From Peribolospora baueri (taxonomy: Eukaryota): 64,000 nucleotides of DNA. Shown piece after piece: positions 23,547 to 35,999 of this stretch. The notes under the pieces were generated by a model. That model made no database searches and was not told the DNA's origin. It was given only the letters and a program-made list of their open reading frames with translations. The stretch is taken from contig JAMDHS010000019.1 of assembly GCA_029717555.1 (NCBI GenBank), forward strand, positions 186,001 to 250,000, in the 5' to 3' direction. Made by a program: the position numbers and the translations under genes. Within the stretch, counting starts at the first letter, position 1; every line of letters starts with the position of its first letter.

Positions 23547-26500
23547 TCACTCCTCGTCGTCCGCCTCATCACGCTCCTCCCTTCGACGGCGCTCAATGCA
23601 CGCCCACCCCGTCGTATTCCTGCCGCATTCCGGACAGCCGCCCTTCAGCTTGACTCTCAAACGCGCCGCATAGCTCATTTTGGCGGCCATGTTCCTCTGG
23701 ATGAGCATCGCTCTCCTCCTCGGCGCGAATCCGCCATTTCCTCCATCTGGACCGCCAGCGCCTGGCGAAAACGCCCTCGCTGTGGTCGGTGTGAGGAAAA
23801 CGGAGGGGGACGAACTGGGGTGAGGCGGAAGGTCCTCGGGCGGGATCAAGCAGGAGACGTGATATGCGTGTCGGCAGAGGAAAACGATGGCCAACGGGAA
23901 CTTTTGAAGGGACGGGTTGGATGGCACGAAGAGCGATTGTTGGCAAATCATGCACCCGGCTTCACCTGAAAGACGTGAGCGCCAATCACGCCAGTGTCAC
24001 CAACAGACGGAAGTGCCTCAAATAAATTGAGAAAAAGACGGTGCGCGAGGAGAGACGATTGCGGAAACTCACTACTCGCGTACCATCCGCAAGTCTGCGC
24101 CGCGTGCAGCTCGATGCCGAGATCGCGATTGTTGTGATTCAGCACGGCCTTGCACCCGTCGAGCAGCGAAACTTGCAGGTTAAAGTCGTACAAGATCTTA
24201 ATCAGGGAGTCCTTGAGCCCGGGAATTTCAAGTCCGTTCTTGATACTTCGGACGAGCTTGACAGGGTCTATCTCCGGTCCGACGTTCTCGAGTAGGCCAC
24301 GGATGAAAGCTGATAGTGAAGGGAGAGCGTCGAACGAAACGTAAGCACTTGCAGCGAGGACAACTGCGACGCAATCTGACGGCGCTCACCGGGTCGGGTC
24401 TCAGAATACTTGAGAAGTTCATCCCACAGCTCCTCGTCCGCTTGCTCCTTTGCAAAATCAATCGCTCTCTCCACATCCCCGAGTCGTTCAATGATCAGCG
24501 TCAATGCTCTCTTATTGTCGCCGACTCTGCCCAGAAGGAAGACCATCTCCGGCACAAGATCGCGTTCGCTACAGACGTTGTAGGCCTGCAAATGAGGAGA
24601 AAGTGAATCAGCCCGTATGCCTGTCCTCCGCCCACGGGACGCGCTCGCACCTTTTCAATGTTATAGTAGGTGCTCGTCCGTAAGAACTGCATCAATCTCG
24701 AATAATCATAATCGGCATAGAGCTGCACCTGTTGGTCCGCATATTCCGATATCAGGTGCGCATCCTTGTCGAACAGGGCGTCGAGGTACATGTAGAGGTA
24801 TTGCGGGTAGTCTTGCAGCTGGGCGACTACTCGAGGGATCTGCGCGAATGAGGGGTACATGATAAATGGGCCTGTTAATAAGAAGCACTGGCTGCGCTGT
24901 CCAGACATGTCGGCCTTCGGCACTGAAGATTGGAAGACACACGGGTATAGAGTGGGTATGATCGACCAACAAATCGATGGCGGCTCCGCGCTTGGACTTC
25001 TTTTCTTCTCGCTTCATCGCCTCATCCGGAGATCGCTTTTCCCTCTCCTCCTCAAGACGTTTGGAGACGTCTTGATCAAACTCGATCAGCAAAGCGGCCT
25101 GATCCTGAATGGACGTGAAGAGATTGTAGTCGCGGATGAGATCGAAGACGTTCGGGCGCCGTAGGCGCATGAAATAAGGCAGCGCCTTGCTCGGTTGGCG
25201 ATTAGCGACGAAGCTGAGAGACGCAAACGGGATATGAATGAGGCTGCCCCTTGCTTGACAAAGAAATTTGGTGTGACTCACAGCTCCGCCAAGCACTCCA
25301 TCAGGATAATTGACCCTGGCTCCCTTTGCAACTGGTCTTGAATGGCGACGACAACTGCCTGAGTATCATAGATGTCTGTAGGCCATTCTTTGATCGTCTT
25401 GAGCAGGGTCTGCCAGACCGAAATTAGACGGGAGTCAGATCAAAGCCACTAGGCGACACGGTCTTTCGTTCGGCTCTTTCGCTCACCTTACGATCGGTCT
25501 TCAAAAAGTGAGCAAGAACCATGTCATATACCACACTGCTTAATTGTGGCTCATGTGTTGGAACATGGGGAATGACAGCCTGTAGGCACCAATCGAAGCC
25601 ATCATATCAGCCTCGCCAGTAGGGATATGCTTGAGAGAACCGGCGATCGACCTGCAGAAAAGCACCCACCGGTAATTGACGCTTTTCCATGAACAAGAAG
25701 ATACAGTCCTCCCACGCCTTTTGGTCTGAGCCGAGAACCTTCGAAGCCGCCTTTGCGGCCGTTTTCCAGTCCTCTGAGTAGTGGGAAGGCCCCAAGCCGT
25801 TGAGCATGTATTCCAACAATATAAGACGCCTTGAGTGGAGCTGACGCCTCACCTTCCTCAACCAGCCAGGATAGATACTTCCGTCCAATTTCTTGGACGT
25901 CGAAACCATGCTCAGCCGCCTTGGTTGGATCCATACGCTCGATCGCCTTGAGGGCCTCTTCGTACCGTCTTCGTTCCAGTAGCCAGGTGATGTGATCGGC
26001 AGCGTCCCTAGGCCGAGCAATGACGACGTCCTTTGGGGATACCACGTAAAATATACTTTCGGTGCGCGTCTTGCCGGGCAACAGAAGATAGTCGTTGCAC
26101 TGATAACGCGCATAAGATGTTAGACTGAGTGCGTCTGAACTGAGTTCCTCGCCGTCTCGCGAGATGATGCGAAGCTCAGGCCGGTTGCCCGCCTTTCGGC
26201 TCTGCGCCTCGCGGTCTTCGGTGTCTTCGTTGCCAAACGTCTCGTCCGTCACGTATGCCAGGGAGAGGAAAGAGTTGTCGTACGGAACGATGCCAGCCAG
26301 CATGCAATCGACTTGGAAGATCGCGCTGATCTCGACGTACCGCTGCGGAGCTTGTCCGCCGACGGGTAGACCAACCTGCGTAGCGGGCTTCGTCCGCTCT
26401 TTCACGACGGCGACCTTGATCTGATCTGCCCATGCTATCAGAAGCGTGTTGTCGTCCTGCCAGAAGAGCGAGCAGCGGAAGAGGTCTCCTCGAGGACTTC

Positions 26501-27816
26501 CGGAAGGTTGGTTGATGTTCGTGATCCTCCGCCCCGCGTTAATGTCGTAAATGCGAACTCCCTGAGGGGCACGCCAATGAGACAGACGATCAGGGACACC
26601 TCAATCGCGTCAAACCGGCTGCAGCCTCGAAGCAACTCACCGAATCACACGCCCAAGCGATTAAGTTCCCCCGCCAGGCGGCCGTCCACACGGGCCCCTC
26701 CCCGCACTGTAGCACGGTCTCTCGATATTGACCCATCCACCCCTTCTCCTTAAGAATGAGATCCCCTGCCATTCCGCCGCAGACGAACCTTCTTCCGCCC
26801 CGTCTCCCAAAGGACGGCTCCAGGGCGACGCAGCGCATGGGCCGCTTGAAGTCGAAGGCGTACGATTCTGAAGTGGAGAGCGCGGAGATGGCAACTTGAC
26901 CTGTAAGATGAAAGGGTGTTCCTTCTGTTAACGAACGTGTGTCTGAGACCGCCAGGCCGCGAACTTGTCTCAGACTTCACCGTCTAAAGAAGCGCTGGCG
27001 ACGAATTCGCCAGTGGTGTCAATCTCGATGTCCATGACAGAGGCGGAATGGGATCGAAAGCCTTTGACGAGATTGCCTTCGACGTCGAGGATAAATACCA
27101 TGCCGTTATGGGTTCCTAGGGCCTACGATTCCGAAGATTGAGTGACGGTAAGGCCAGAGGGGTAGATTTGGATCGTGAACACAGTGAACGAACATACGAT
27201 TTACTCACTATGTATTTGTCAGAGACAGCCAATGCGCTCGCCGAGTCTCTCGACAGGATGTCGGTTACGGACCCTCGTAGGCGCTCGTACTTCAATGCCG
27301 GCTCATCTTCGTCCCCCTCGTCCTCGTCCTCATCCTCGTCCCCTCCTGACTCCTCGTCCTCTGACATTGAGTCCTCGTCCTCGCTTGATTCGGAGCCCTC
27401 GTCCTCCTCCTCGCTAAGCTCGTGCTCCAGGGCTCCCTCGCTGCTCTCAATATCCTCGTCCTCGCTCTCCAAAGTCTCGGAATGGTCCTGAAAGTCATCC
27501 AGTAGCGCAAGTGCGTCAGCTCATCCGAGCACCTACCTACCCCGACGCCCACGGTCGAGGCAGCCGGCATGCTACGCACCTCCGCCCCCTCTTCGGTGAC
27601 CCTATCCACGCCGTTTATATCGGTCTCCGACTCGAAGCTCTCCTCTTCTCGATGGCCGCTCACGCCCCCTACGCCAGGCATTTCATCCTCCAAGATGACC
27701 GTCGCCGGCTTGTCCGTCTCCCCTCCATTTTCCTCCTGAGCTGCATTGACCGGCGGGTGAGAAGGAGACGAGGAAGAGAGAGGTGCTTCGTCTTGCGGCG
27801 GCGGAGGGGAAGCCAT
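23547..27816 (-). CDS. VPS41: HOPS subunit Vps41 (start approximate)
   Basis: EPALKYERL, ALGTHNG, WD-like region, RPELRII, DHITWLL, EMVFLLGRVGDNKRAL (clathrin repeat) and a C-terminal Cys/His RING-like segment. Confidence 0.93.
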
Positions 27817-28338
27817 TCCGTTGAGGGACTCAGCACGCACGCCAGTCGAGGAGGTGGAAGAAGCCTCGGCGATGGGCCGTGTGTGTGGGTGGGTGAGACC
27901 CACCGCAGCTTCCGATCGTACTATGACACGTCCGTTCCGTCCATTCCACCTCGTCGTCGATCACGCTCAGCCTGGCCACATGTTAGGTACAAGCTTTCAT
28001 TGCAGCCGAAGTGGTCTGAGATCGCTCTGGTCCTCCGTTCCGGACCAACGTGGCGAACGACCTCGTCGACGACGCCAACGCCCGAGGACTGCTCCACATG
28101 TTTAACAAAGTCATCGACGCAGAAGTAGGGTTTAAGCAGCGGTCGGAGATTTCTCCTTTCGAAAACGGTTGGGAAAACGTCGCAGTTTAATAATAATAGG
28201 TTCATAATAAAAAGGCGCCCGTGAGCCTCTTAGAAGTACATACAACCGACGGCGAACGAGGAATACAGTCAAATCGAACACCTGAAAGGGGTATGTGTGT
28301 ATGCGAACGTGGATGCAGCGACGCATACGAACAGACCA

Positions 28339-29880
28339 TTAGCGCCCCGTGTTGACGGATTGAAGCCTTTCAAAGTGGTCCCGGCCCAACTGGACGTTGA
28401 GCTTGATGGCCGAAGATTCTGGGAAGCCAAGGGGATCGCGTGGGGTTCGATGTGGTTAGACCGACAGACAGGGGACGAGCACGCTGTTGTACGTAGGGTG
28501 GGCGTTGCTACTCACGAACTGTCGGATCGGCGACGACCACCATGACATACGTGTTGCTCGTGAGCACATCAAGGAAGGCCGTGTAGTGTGCAGCTCGGAT
28601 CTCGAGCCCTTGGAACTGTTGCTGGAACTTACTGTTGCCGGTCAGACAGAGTGCGGATCAAAGTTCGTGAATGAAAAAAGGAATGGAACCATGGGTGAGC
28701 CGGCTTTCCAGTCGTTGGGACAACCAAGGCAATTTCAGAGTGAGAATCGTGCTCACATGCAACTCAGTTTGAAGTTCTTGATCAGCTCGCTAATCTTCTC
28801 AAACCTCTTCTCACTCAGCGCGCCCGCCAATCCGTCCTCTCTTGCGCTTGCGACGTTGGTAGACGACGCCTCTGTGCCAGCACCCTCGATGCCGTCGAAT
28901 TGTTGACCGGATCGACTGATGACGAGAAAGGTGGTGCGTTCGAAGAGGACGACCTCGGTTGCAGAGCAAATGCGCGCAAACTGGGAGAGGTGTCGCTCAA
29001 GGGTTGCGACGTTCGGAATGAGGGTGTGGACAATTGCGGACCAAGCCTGGAAGAGGAGACAAACGTTCGGACGAGCGAGCTTGGCAAGGCATCGAGGAAG
29101 AAAGGGCGGAGGGGAGGGAACTATGGCCGGACGTTAAGCTCACCTTGTACAGAGTCTCATCCCAAATGCTAGTCGCAAAAGTGCAAATCTTGACTGGCTC
29201 GCTTTTCTTCCTGAGCTCCCTGCACTTGTCCTCGTACACCTGTTTGCGGTCCTTCTCATCTACCAAGTCCATCTTGTGGACGAGCACGAACACGTTCGCC
29301 TCCGGCGAGTTGGCCTCCATCGCGTCGATGCACTCCCGGTAATAGTGTACGTCCCGATCCGGCTCCACCGAGTCAACGTCGAAGACGTAAATCAGTACTC
29401 CGACGTTACGAAATATTTGGTCTCGCTGAGCGGAAAGGTAGGTGTCCATGTAGGACTCCTGTCCACCGCAGTCCCACAGGTTGAGGACAAGATCACCTAG
29501 GAAGCGGACGTGGGAGTGCTCCACGTCGAGAGTGCTGCCCAGACGTCGGGTGTCCCTGGCGAGGTAGTTGGAGAAGACGATGGACCGCATCGACGTCTTC
29601 CCCGACCCTGCGATAGGTGCGGCCGTGGGGGGTTAGCGTTGTCGACGCAGGCCAGGACAAATTGCCCTGGTAAGCTGTCCTGCAGCATTCATCGGGCAAC
29701 AGGGAACATCGCTCACCCGATTTTCCCATGAGCAGCACCTTGGAGCGCCGGCGCATTGAACGAAACGTAAGAGAAACGGTCAGCGTCGGCTGTCCTTCCC
29801 CTCACTTATAGTTTTTCATTATGTGGCAGGTACGCGCAACCAGGACGGCGCTAGAGAGACGCGCTCACCTTCTTCTTCAT
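28339..29880 (-). CDS. GTR1: Rag GTPase Gtr1/RagA
   Basis: [53 protein letters not shown]. Confidence 0.96.
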
Positions 29881-30173
29881 CGGGACGACGGCGAGGGCGG
29901 CAATGGCAAAGACGACTTGGTCCCTCTGATGTATGCGAGATGCTGCTGTCTACGTTGTTCTTGTCGTCGTCTGTACCTCGGCCATGCGCGTCCGCCTTCC
30001 TTATCGCAGACTTGCGCGCGACCGGAAGACCAAGTCCCCGCGATCGAAAAAGTTCACACGTGCTCCGACTTGACTGACCGATCGACGCTTCTTCCGCTCG
30101 TCCTTCTTTCCCCCCCCCCCACCAAGACGCCCTCCCCCTTCCCCCCTTCCTCCTTCCCACATCCAAGTCAAGC

Positions 30174-31283
30174 ATGCTTACCCTCCGTCCCACCGCCGTC
30201 GCCTTCTCGCGGTTCGCCACCGTCGCGCCTTCTATCCATCGCGCGCCTCTCCGGCTTCGCGCGACTTCTCCCATTGTCCATGCCGCCGCCGCGACCAGGA
30301 TCGGGGCCATGTCCGCCTGGAGAGGCATCGCTAGTGAGTCGTCGTCATCATGAGGATATTGAATAGGTGGTCGTCTGGCAACCGTCCCGACTGACTCACT
30401 TTTTTTTCTATACGCCAATCTCTGTCTCTGCACTTAACGTGGTCTTCCTCACGCACCCGTCCACCAGCCAAGCGATTTACCCCCGAACACGAGTGGATCT
30501 CATACGACTCGGACTCGAACATCGGCACCGTCGGTATCACAGATTACGCCCAGAAGAGCCTCGGTGACGTCGTGTACGTCGAGCTGCCGGGAAAGGACAG
30601 CGAGGTTAACATTGGAGGTGCGTGACGAGTGCCTTCCCTTCCTTCCTTTCTGTTACCATTTGCGCCTTCAAATTCGGCAAATCACATGTTCATATTCGAT
30701 GCGATACTGACATCCTCACCGCCCCTTCTGGATCGCATCCTACGGCTTCGTCGCCCTTCAACCCAATTTTTTGTTTTTCTTTTTTTGCTCTACGTGTGCG
30801 CGCTTGTTCATGCTCGACAGACCAGGTCGGCGCGGTGGAGTCGGTGAGCCCATTTCAATCTAGACTCTGTGCAGCAGAGCATCATCTCATATGTGAACCG
30901 AGCCCGCCTCCCTTTCGTTCCTTGGTCTCGCAGGTAAAGGCCGCCAGCGACATCTTCTCCCCTGTGAGCGGTATTGTGGAGAACGTGAACACCGCGCTCG
31001 ATGACCAGCCTGGTCTGCTCAACAAGAGCCCTGAGGAGAAGGGTGTGTATTGTTCCAGCGATGTGGCTTCCGAAAGCAGTTCACGCCGTCACTCCAACGT
31101 TGAAGGCTGAGGCAGAGCGGCTCGCACGGGTTTCACCGCTGGCTTTCTGACATATTGCCTCCCTCTGCATCCGCATCGTCTCCAATCACCTCAGGGTGGC
31201 TCTTCAAGGTCCGTCTCACAGACCCTCAGCAAGTGGAAAGCCTCCTCTCCAAGGAGGCCTACGACAAGGTCTGCGAAGAGTAA
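30174..31283 (+). CDS. GCV3: Glycine cleavage system H protein, mitochondrial
   Basis: Presequence, [26 protein letters not shown] and the lipoyl motif [14 protein letters not shown]. Confidence 0.96.
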
Positions 31284-31549
31284 ACTGAACCGTACTGAGG
31301 GGCTGGGGCAAATCCCCGCGCCCAGTCCAGGCCGCGCGATTGGAAACAATCCCCATCCAGGCTCCTCGTGGGTGCCTTGTGGGTGTTGGCATGAAGGGCA
31401 TCTCGAAGAATTGAGGGGTGGATCGTGTACTGAGCACATAGCTTGAACAAGAAGGATATGTAGAGAAGAGAGGATGTGCAGACTCGAGCCCGCTATTTCG
31501 TGAGAGCACTGACTCTAAACGAACTTGGGCCCTCCCCCTCCGACGCGCC

Positions 31550-32848
31550 TCACTTCCTCCACACCTCCACGGTCCAGTCCATGAAACAAGCGTCGACATC
31601 GAGTTTGAGTCGCGGAATACCTCAAAATCCATGGGGTCGGACAAATTCTTATGACACCTTTCCATCCGGACTGACACCTCGACCTCGTCCTTCCTGTCTC
31701 CGAACACCTCTTCTTTCCAGAGTCGGGTCCAAGACGAGGGGCTATGGGTGTAGTGGGGCGCTCCGAAATCTTTGTCGCCGAAGATGCCCTCCTGTTCGGG
31801 ACTTGCGACGTTGCAGCCGAAAAGAATGGTCGGTTTCTCGGCGGTCGAAGAAGACTCGAGGTTCAGGAGAGCGGCCAAGCGTTTGGCGAGTTTGAGCTGG
31901 GTGGGCTCGTCGAAGAGGTGGAAGAACTTTCCAGCATAGAGCGCCGTCACTTTTCCGCGCAAAGAGGAAAGGTCGCTCGGAGGCGAAGCGGGCGAAGAGG
32001 GAGGCAGAGAAGCGGGAGGCGCCTGGGAAGAATCGAAGAACGTGTCCGAGAAGATGTCACCCACGACAAACGTCACCAAACAGGTCGTCGGCGAGTCGCG
32101 GAAGAGGTCATAGCCCGATGCGACGAGGCCTAGGTAGGGAAGACACGAATCCGAAGGTGAACACACCCCTCACTGTGGATGCCCTTCAGGCCGGTCTTCT
32201 CAACGTTCACCTTCGTCCTCTCACCTTGCTCCAATTCGGTTGCAAAAGCCCTGTCACTGTCCCATCCATCAAAGACCAGCTTCCTTATGTCGACGCCAAA
32301 ACACACCCCAACGTCAAGGAAGACATGGTCGGCCCGGAAACGAGGCGAAGGAGGCTGACATTGAGCGAGCGCTATGGGATAGGATGGGTGCAAGGCTATG
32401 GCGAGGCAGATGTGGTGAAAGCACCCTGGTGGGGTTGGTCGGGGCACGGGCACGGTGGTGAAGGACAAGGTCTGATTGAGCAAAAGCGTCTCGTATATCA
32501 TATACGAACGACAAGACCGCTTGGGCGCTCGCCGCGCTCATAGACTCACAGATGCAAGGATATGGGTGGGCCGTCTCGTAAGCTTTCTTGGTGACGCTGA
32601 TGAGGTGATCTTTCAGTTCCGCCTCATCGTCGATCCCGGTAGCTTTGCGAAAGAAGTCGAGGTCGTCTCGAACCAGGCTGTAGGCGGAAGGATCAAAAGG
32701 GGGGTACAAGATACCTTTGGCTTGGTTTCCGGGGCCATGGTGGGTATAGGAAATCGAATAAACCAAGCACACACTCTCTCTCTCACGAACCCGGCCGATC
32801 TATACCTTTTCGAGGCCGTGCGCCGTCGGCAGCTGGGAACGGAGACAT
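31550..32848 (-). CDS. SAM-dependent methyltransferase (fungal AusD-like family); both ends ambiguous or frameshifted
   Basis: HPYPCI, FLDVGVCFGVDIRKLVFDG, GYDLF, AGKFFHLFD..Q..LAKRLA.LL, HSPSSW..LW. Confidence 0.75.
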
Positions 32849-34969
32849 CGCGCGGATGGGTGTTTCTGCACTATAACAGCGCGCCGAACCCGTGCATGCT
32901 TAGACATCGTCGTTGCACCGCGGAGGTGGCACGGCCGAGGTACCAGCCAGGGTATATATATAACGTGATTCTGATGACGATCGAGAGCCGAACGGCGGCG
33001 GTATGGGACTTGTTTCGGATTAAACGGCGAACAGAAATGAACTGCTGTCGCGGCGCGTGAGACAGGTCGCAGCACGTGGCGGCAGCCCGCCGTGACTGGC
33101 GGAGAGTCGAGGACGACTGGGAGAGAGATAAAGCGGATCTGACGCTCCTCTCGAAGCGGCGCGGTCACAGGTGGGTGGCCTGGTGCTTCTGAGGCTCATC
33201 CGTGCTCGCGCATGCGCTCGGACGTATTCGACCTCTTAGGGTAGGTACAACATCAATCAATCAAGTCGTATGACATGCATGCCATGGTCGCCCTTCGAGG
33301 CCGTCGGGTTAGCTTGCCGTCTTCCTTCTTGCATGAACGCGCCGCTCCGCGCCTGCGAGGGTGGATCAACGTGGTAAGAGGATCGACGCAAGACAATTAG
33401 GGCCATCACCAGACCACCATTACGGCCGAGGGCTTGGGAGATGTCGAGACGCGGCCGCAAAATTGCCGAAGGAACTTGCTTTTCTTAACAACAGTCACTA
33501 CTTGGGTCCGCGTTCTACATGGAGGAGCAGAAAGGGCGGCTCAATAAGATCAAAGACAGGGCCGACGACGTCCGGCTCCGGGCGTTAAGCCGAGGCCGAG
33601 GACAATGAAGACTACTGGGACCGGTTGTGGCGAATTTAGGACCAGGAGCATGAGATGTGTTGAAGCCTTGCTTGCAAGGAAGGTTTTAGGGTATGAGTAC
33701 GTGAGACCTGTTGTGGATGGACTTTGCCAGGCCGACCAGATCACTGCCTTCGTCCGTAGAAGCCCCGTCCCCGTCCCCGCAACGCGGCTGCGGCGACAAC
33801 TCTGGCTCAAGCCGGCCAGGCCCGGTTGACACGGCCGCTAAGGTGTTCAAGATAGGGGCCGCTGCGAGTCATGTCACTTGTCTAACTACTCCGTCCGTGA
33901 CCTCCTGCCGTGCTGCTCCTTGTTGCGCTCGACGGGTGGCCGATCGGCGTTGTGGAGGAGCGTCGTGCTGACATGGGGGGCGCAGAGCAACGCACCTGCG
34001 GCGTGTAGCGCACTCAACAGGAAACACCGTGTCTGCCTATCTTGCACCTAGCCTGAGCATGGACCTGAGCATGGACCTGGTCGTGCTGTGAGAGCGCGAG
34101 AGATGGAAAATAAACAGAGGCGAAAGGAGTGGGAGTGAGTTCTGAGCGTATTTCGAGCGCGCCGGTGGGACGGTGGGGCTAAGCGCGTGGGAACGGGCGT
34201 TCGTTTGATCTCCAAGCCAAGCCAAGCCAAGCCCTTGACATGAGGTTCGTAGACGCGCCGCGCCGACGAAACAAGCCATGGTGACCCGTCAGGCCGCTTG
34301 GGCGGTTAAACATGCGCAGAAAGACGACGCTGAGAAGCAAAAGGGGGGGGGCGTCTGCGAAGCGGTGCCGGACGGGGGAGCGGCTTCTGTGGCTCGAGGA
34401 AGCCCAGTGAGCGGTGTTGGTGTGAGACCAGCAAGCGGACGAACCGTCTGTCCGTCGTCTGCGTGCGTCGTGTCGTGTTTTCCCGCCCGCGACTGTCGTC
34501 GGCCGAAGTGGGTGTGGTGCTGCGGCATTGGATGCGATTGCCTCTGATCAGCGCCGGCCATCATCATTGCGTCGGCAAGAACTGAACAGAACACAACACA
34601 ACACCAACCAACAACCACCGACTGACGACTTACTGACCAACCACCGCCATCAACCGTCGCCCTTAGCCCATCGTCGGCCCCGCCGTCGTCCTCCCTCCCA
34701 CCTCCATCCTCGCCCCTTCGTCCCCCCACCGCCATCCCCTCCTACGAGCCTTCGCTCCCCCTCCCACCCCGCTTCCGCCCCCGCGCTCACGACCACGAAC
34801 AGAAACCCACCCCCGCCCACCACGCCGTTTTGCTCCCATTCTTCCCCGGAGAGGATCGCCCTCCAGGTCGACCCAGCCGGCTGCCCGCCTCGCCGTCGCT
34901 CCTCGACCCTCGCGGGCGATCCTTTCCTCCTCGTCTGCCCCTCCCCACTACGCTCCTTCTCCCTCCGCC

Positions 34970-35967
34970 ATGTCCTCAGCGTCGTCAGGCACCACCCCCG
35001 ATCCCGCTGACCGCCATGCCCGATGCTCCGATGATGTCGTCGCTCCTGCTGGCTCTTCCACGACCACCACGACCACCGCCGCCACCGCCATGTCCACGAT
35101 GACCACGACCACGGCGCCCGCCGCGCCCGCTGTGCCCCCCACGCCCGTCGAGACGTACCGTCTCCGCCTCACCACCCACGCGCCCACCCAGAAACGGATG
35201 ATCAACCAGTACGTCATCCTCGCCGAACTCGGCCGCGGCGTCCACGGCAAGGTCCGCCTCGCACTCGACAGCGACACCGGACAGAAGGTGGCGATCAAGA
35301 TCGTGGAGAGGGAGACCAGGGCGAGGAGGTTACTCCCCTCCTCCGCCCACTCCGACGCGTTCCCCTCACCCCCGTCCCCTCCGCCTCCTCCGACCCCTTC
35401 CTCTCTCGCCTACCTGCCATCGCTTCCCTCCGCCTTCCACCCCTCCCCTTCCAACCCTCACCTGCCTCAACACCTCCTCCCTTCCGCCGCCAGATCGGCC
35501 GGCGCCAGCGGCGCCGAGTCCTTCGGGATGCCGTGGACAACGGATAAGAAAGTGCGCAGGGAGATGGCCATCATGAAGAAGCTCTCGCATGAGAACGTCG
35601 TCCGGCTCAAGGAGGTCATTGATGACCCAAAGAGCAAGAAGGTGTTTATGGGTCAGTTCCGACGTCTTTTTCTCCCCTCTTTGTTCTTTGCCCGAATCCT
35701 CGTTTGACTTGATATCGGTCTTTCACACACTCGTAGTGCTAGAATACATGGAAGGAGGACAGGTGGAGTGGACACAGGACGACAGGCCCAAGCTCATCGT
35801 CGAGGAGGCCCGGCAGACAATACGAGACGTCGTTCTTGGCTTGGAGTATCGTGCGTATGCATCTCCGATCCGCCTCCTCTTCCGGGCCTTCTCATGTTGA
35901 CCCCGTCGCGCTCCCTCTGCGCTCCTCGGTTGTTCGTGCCACCGCGACAGTACACTACCAAGGCATC

Positions 35968-35999
<32 letters not shown>

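Noticed and set aside
33000..34900. Short ORFs and a 12-bp tandem duplication (GAGCATGGACCT) near 34055
   Set aside because: No supporting homology. Most likely the promoter and 5' UTR of the kinase and methyltransferase genes.
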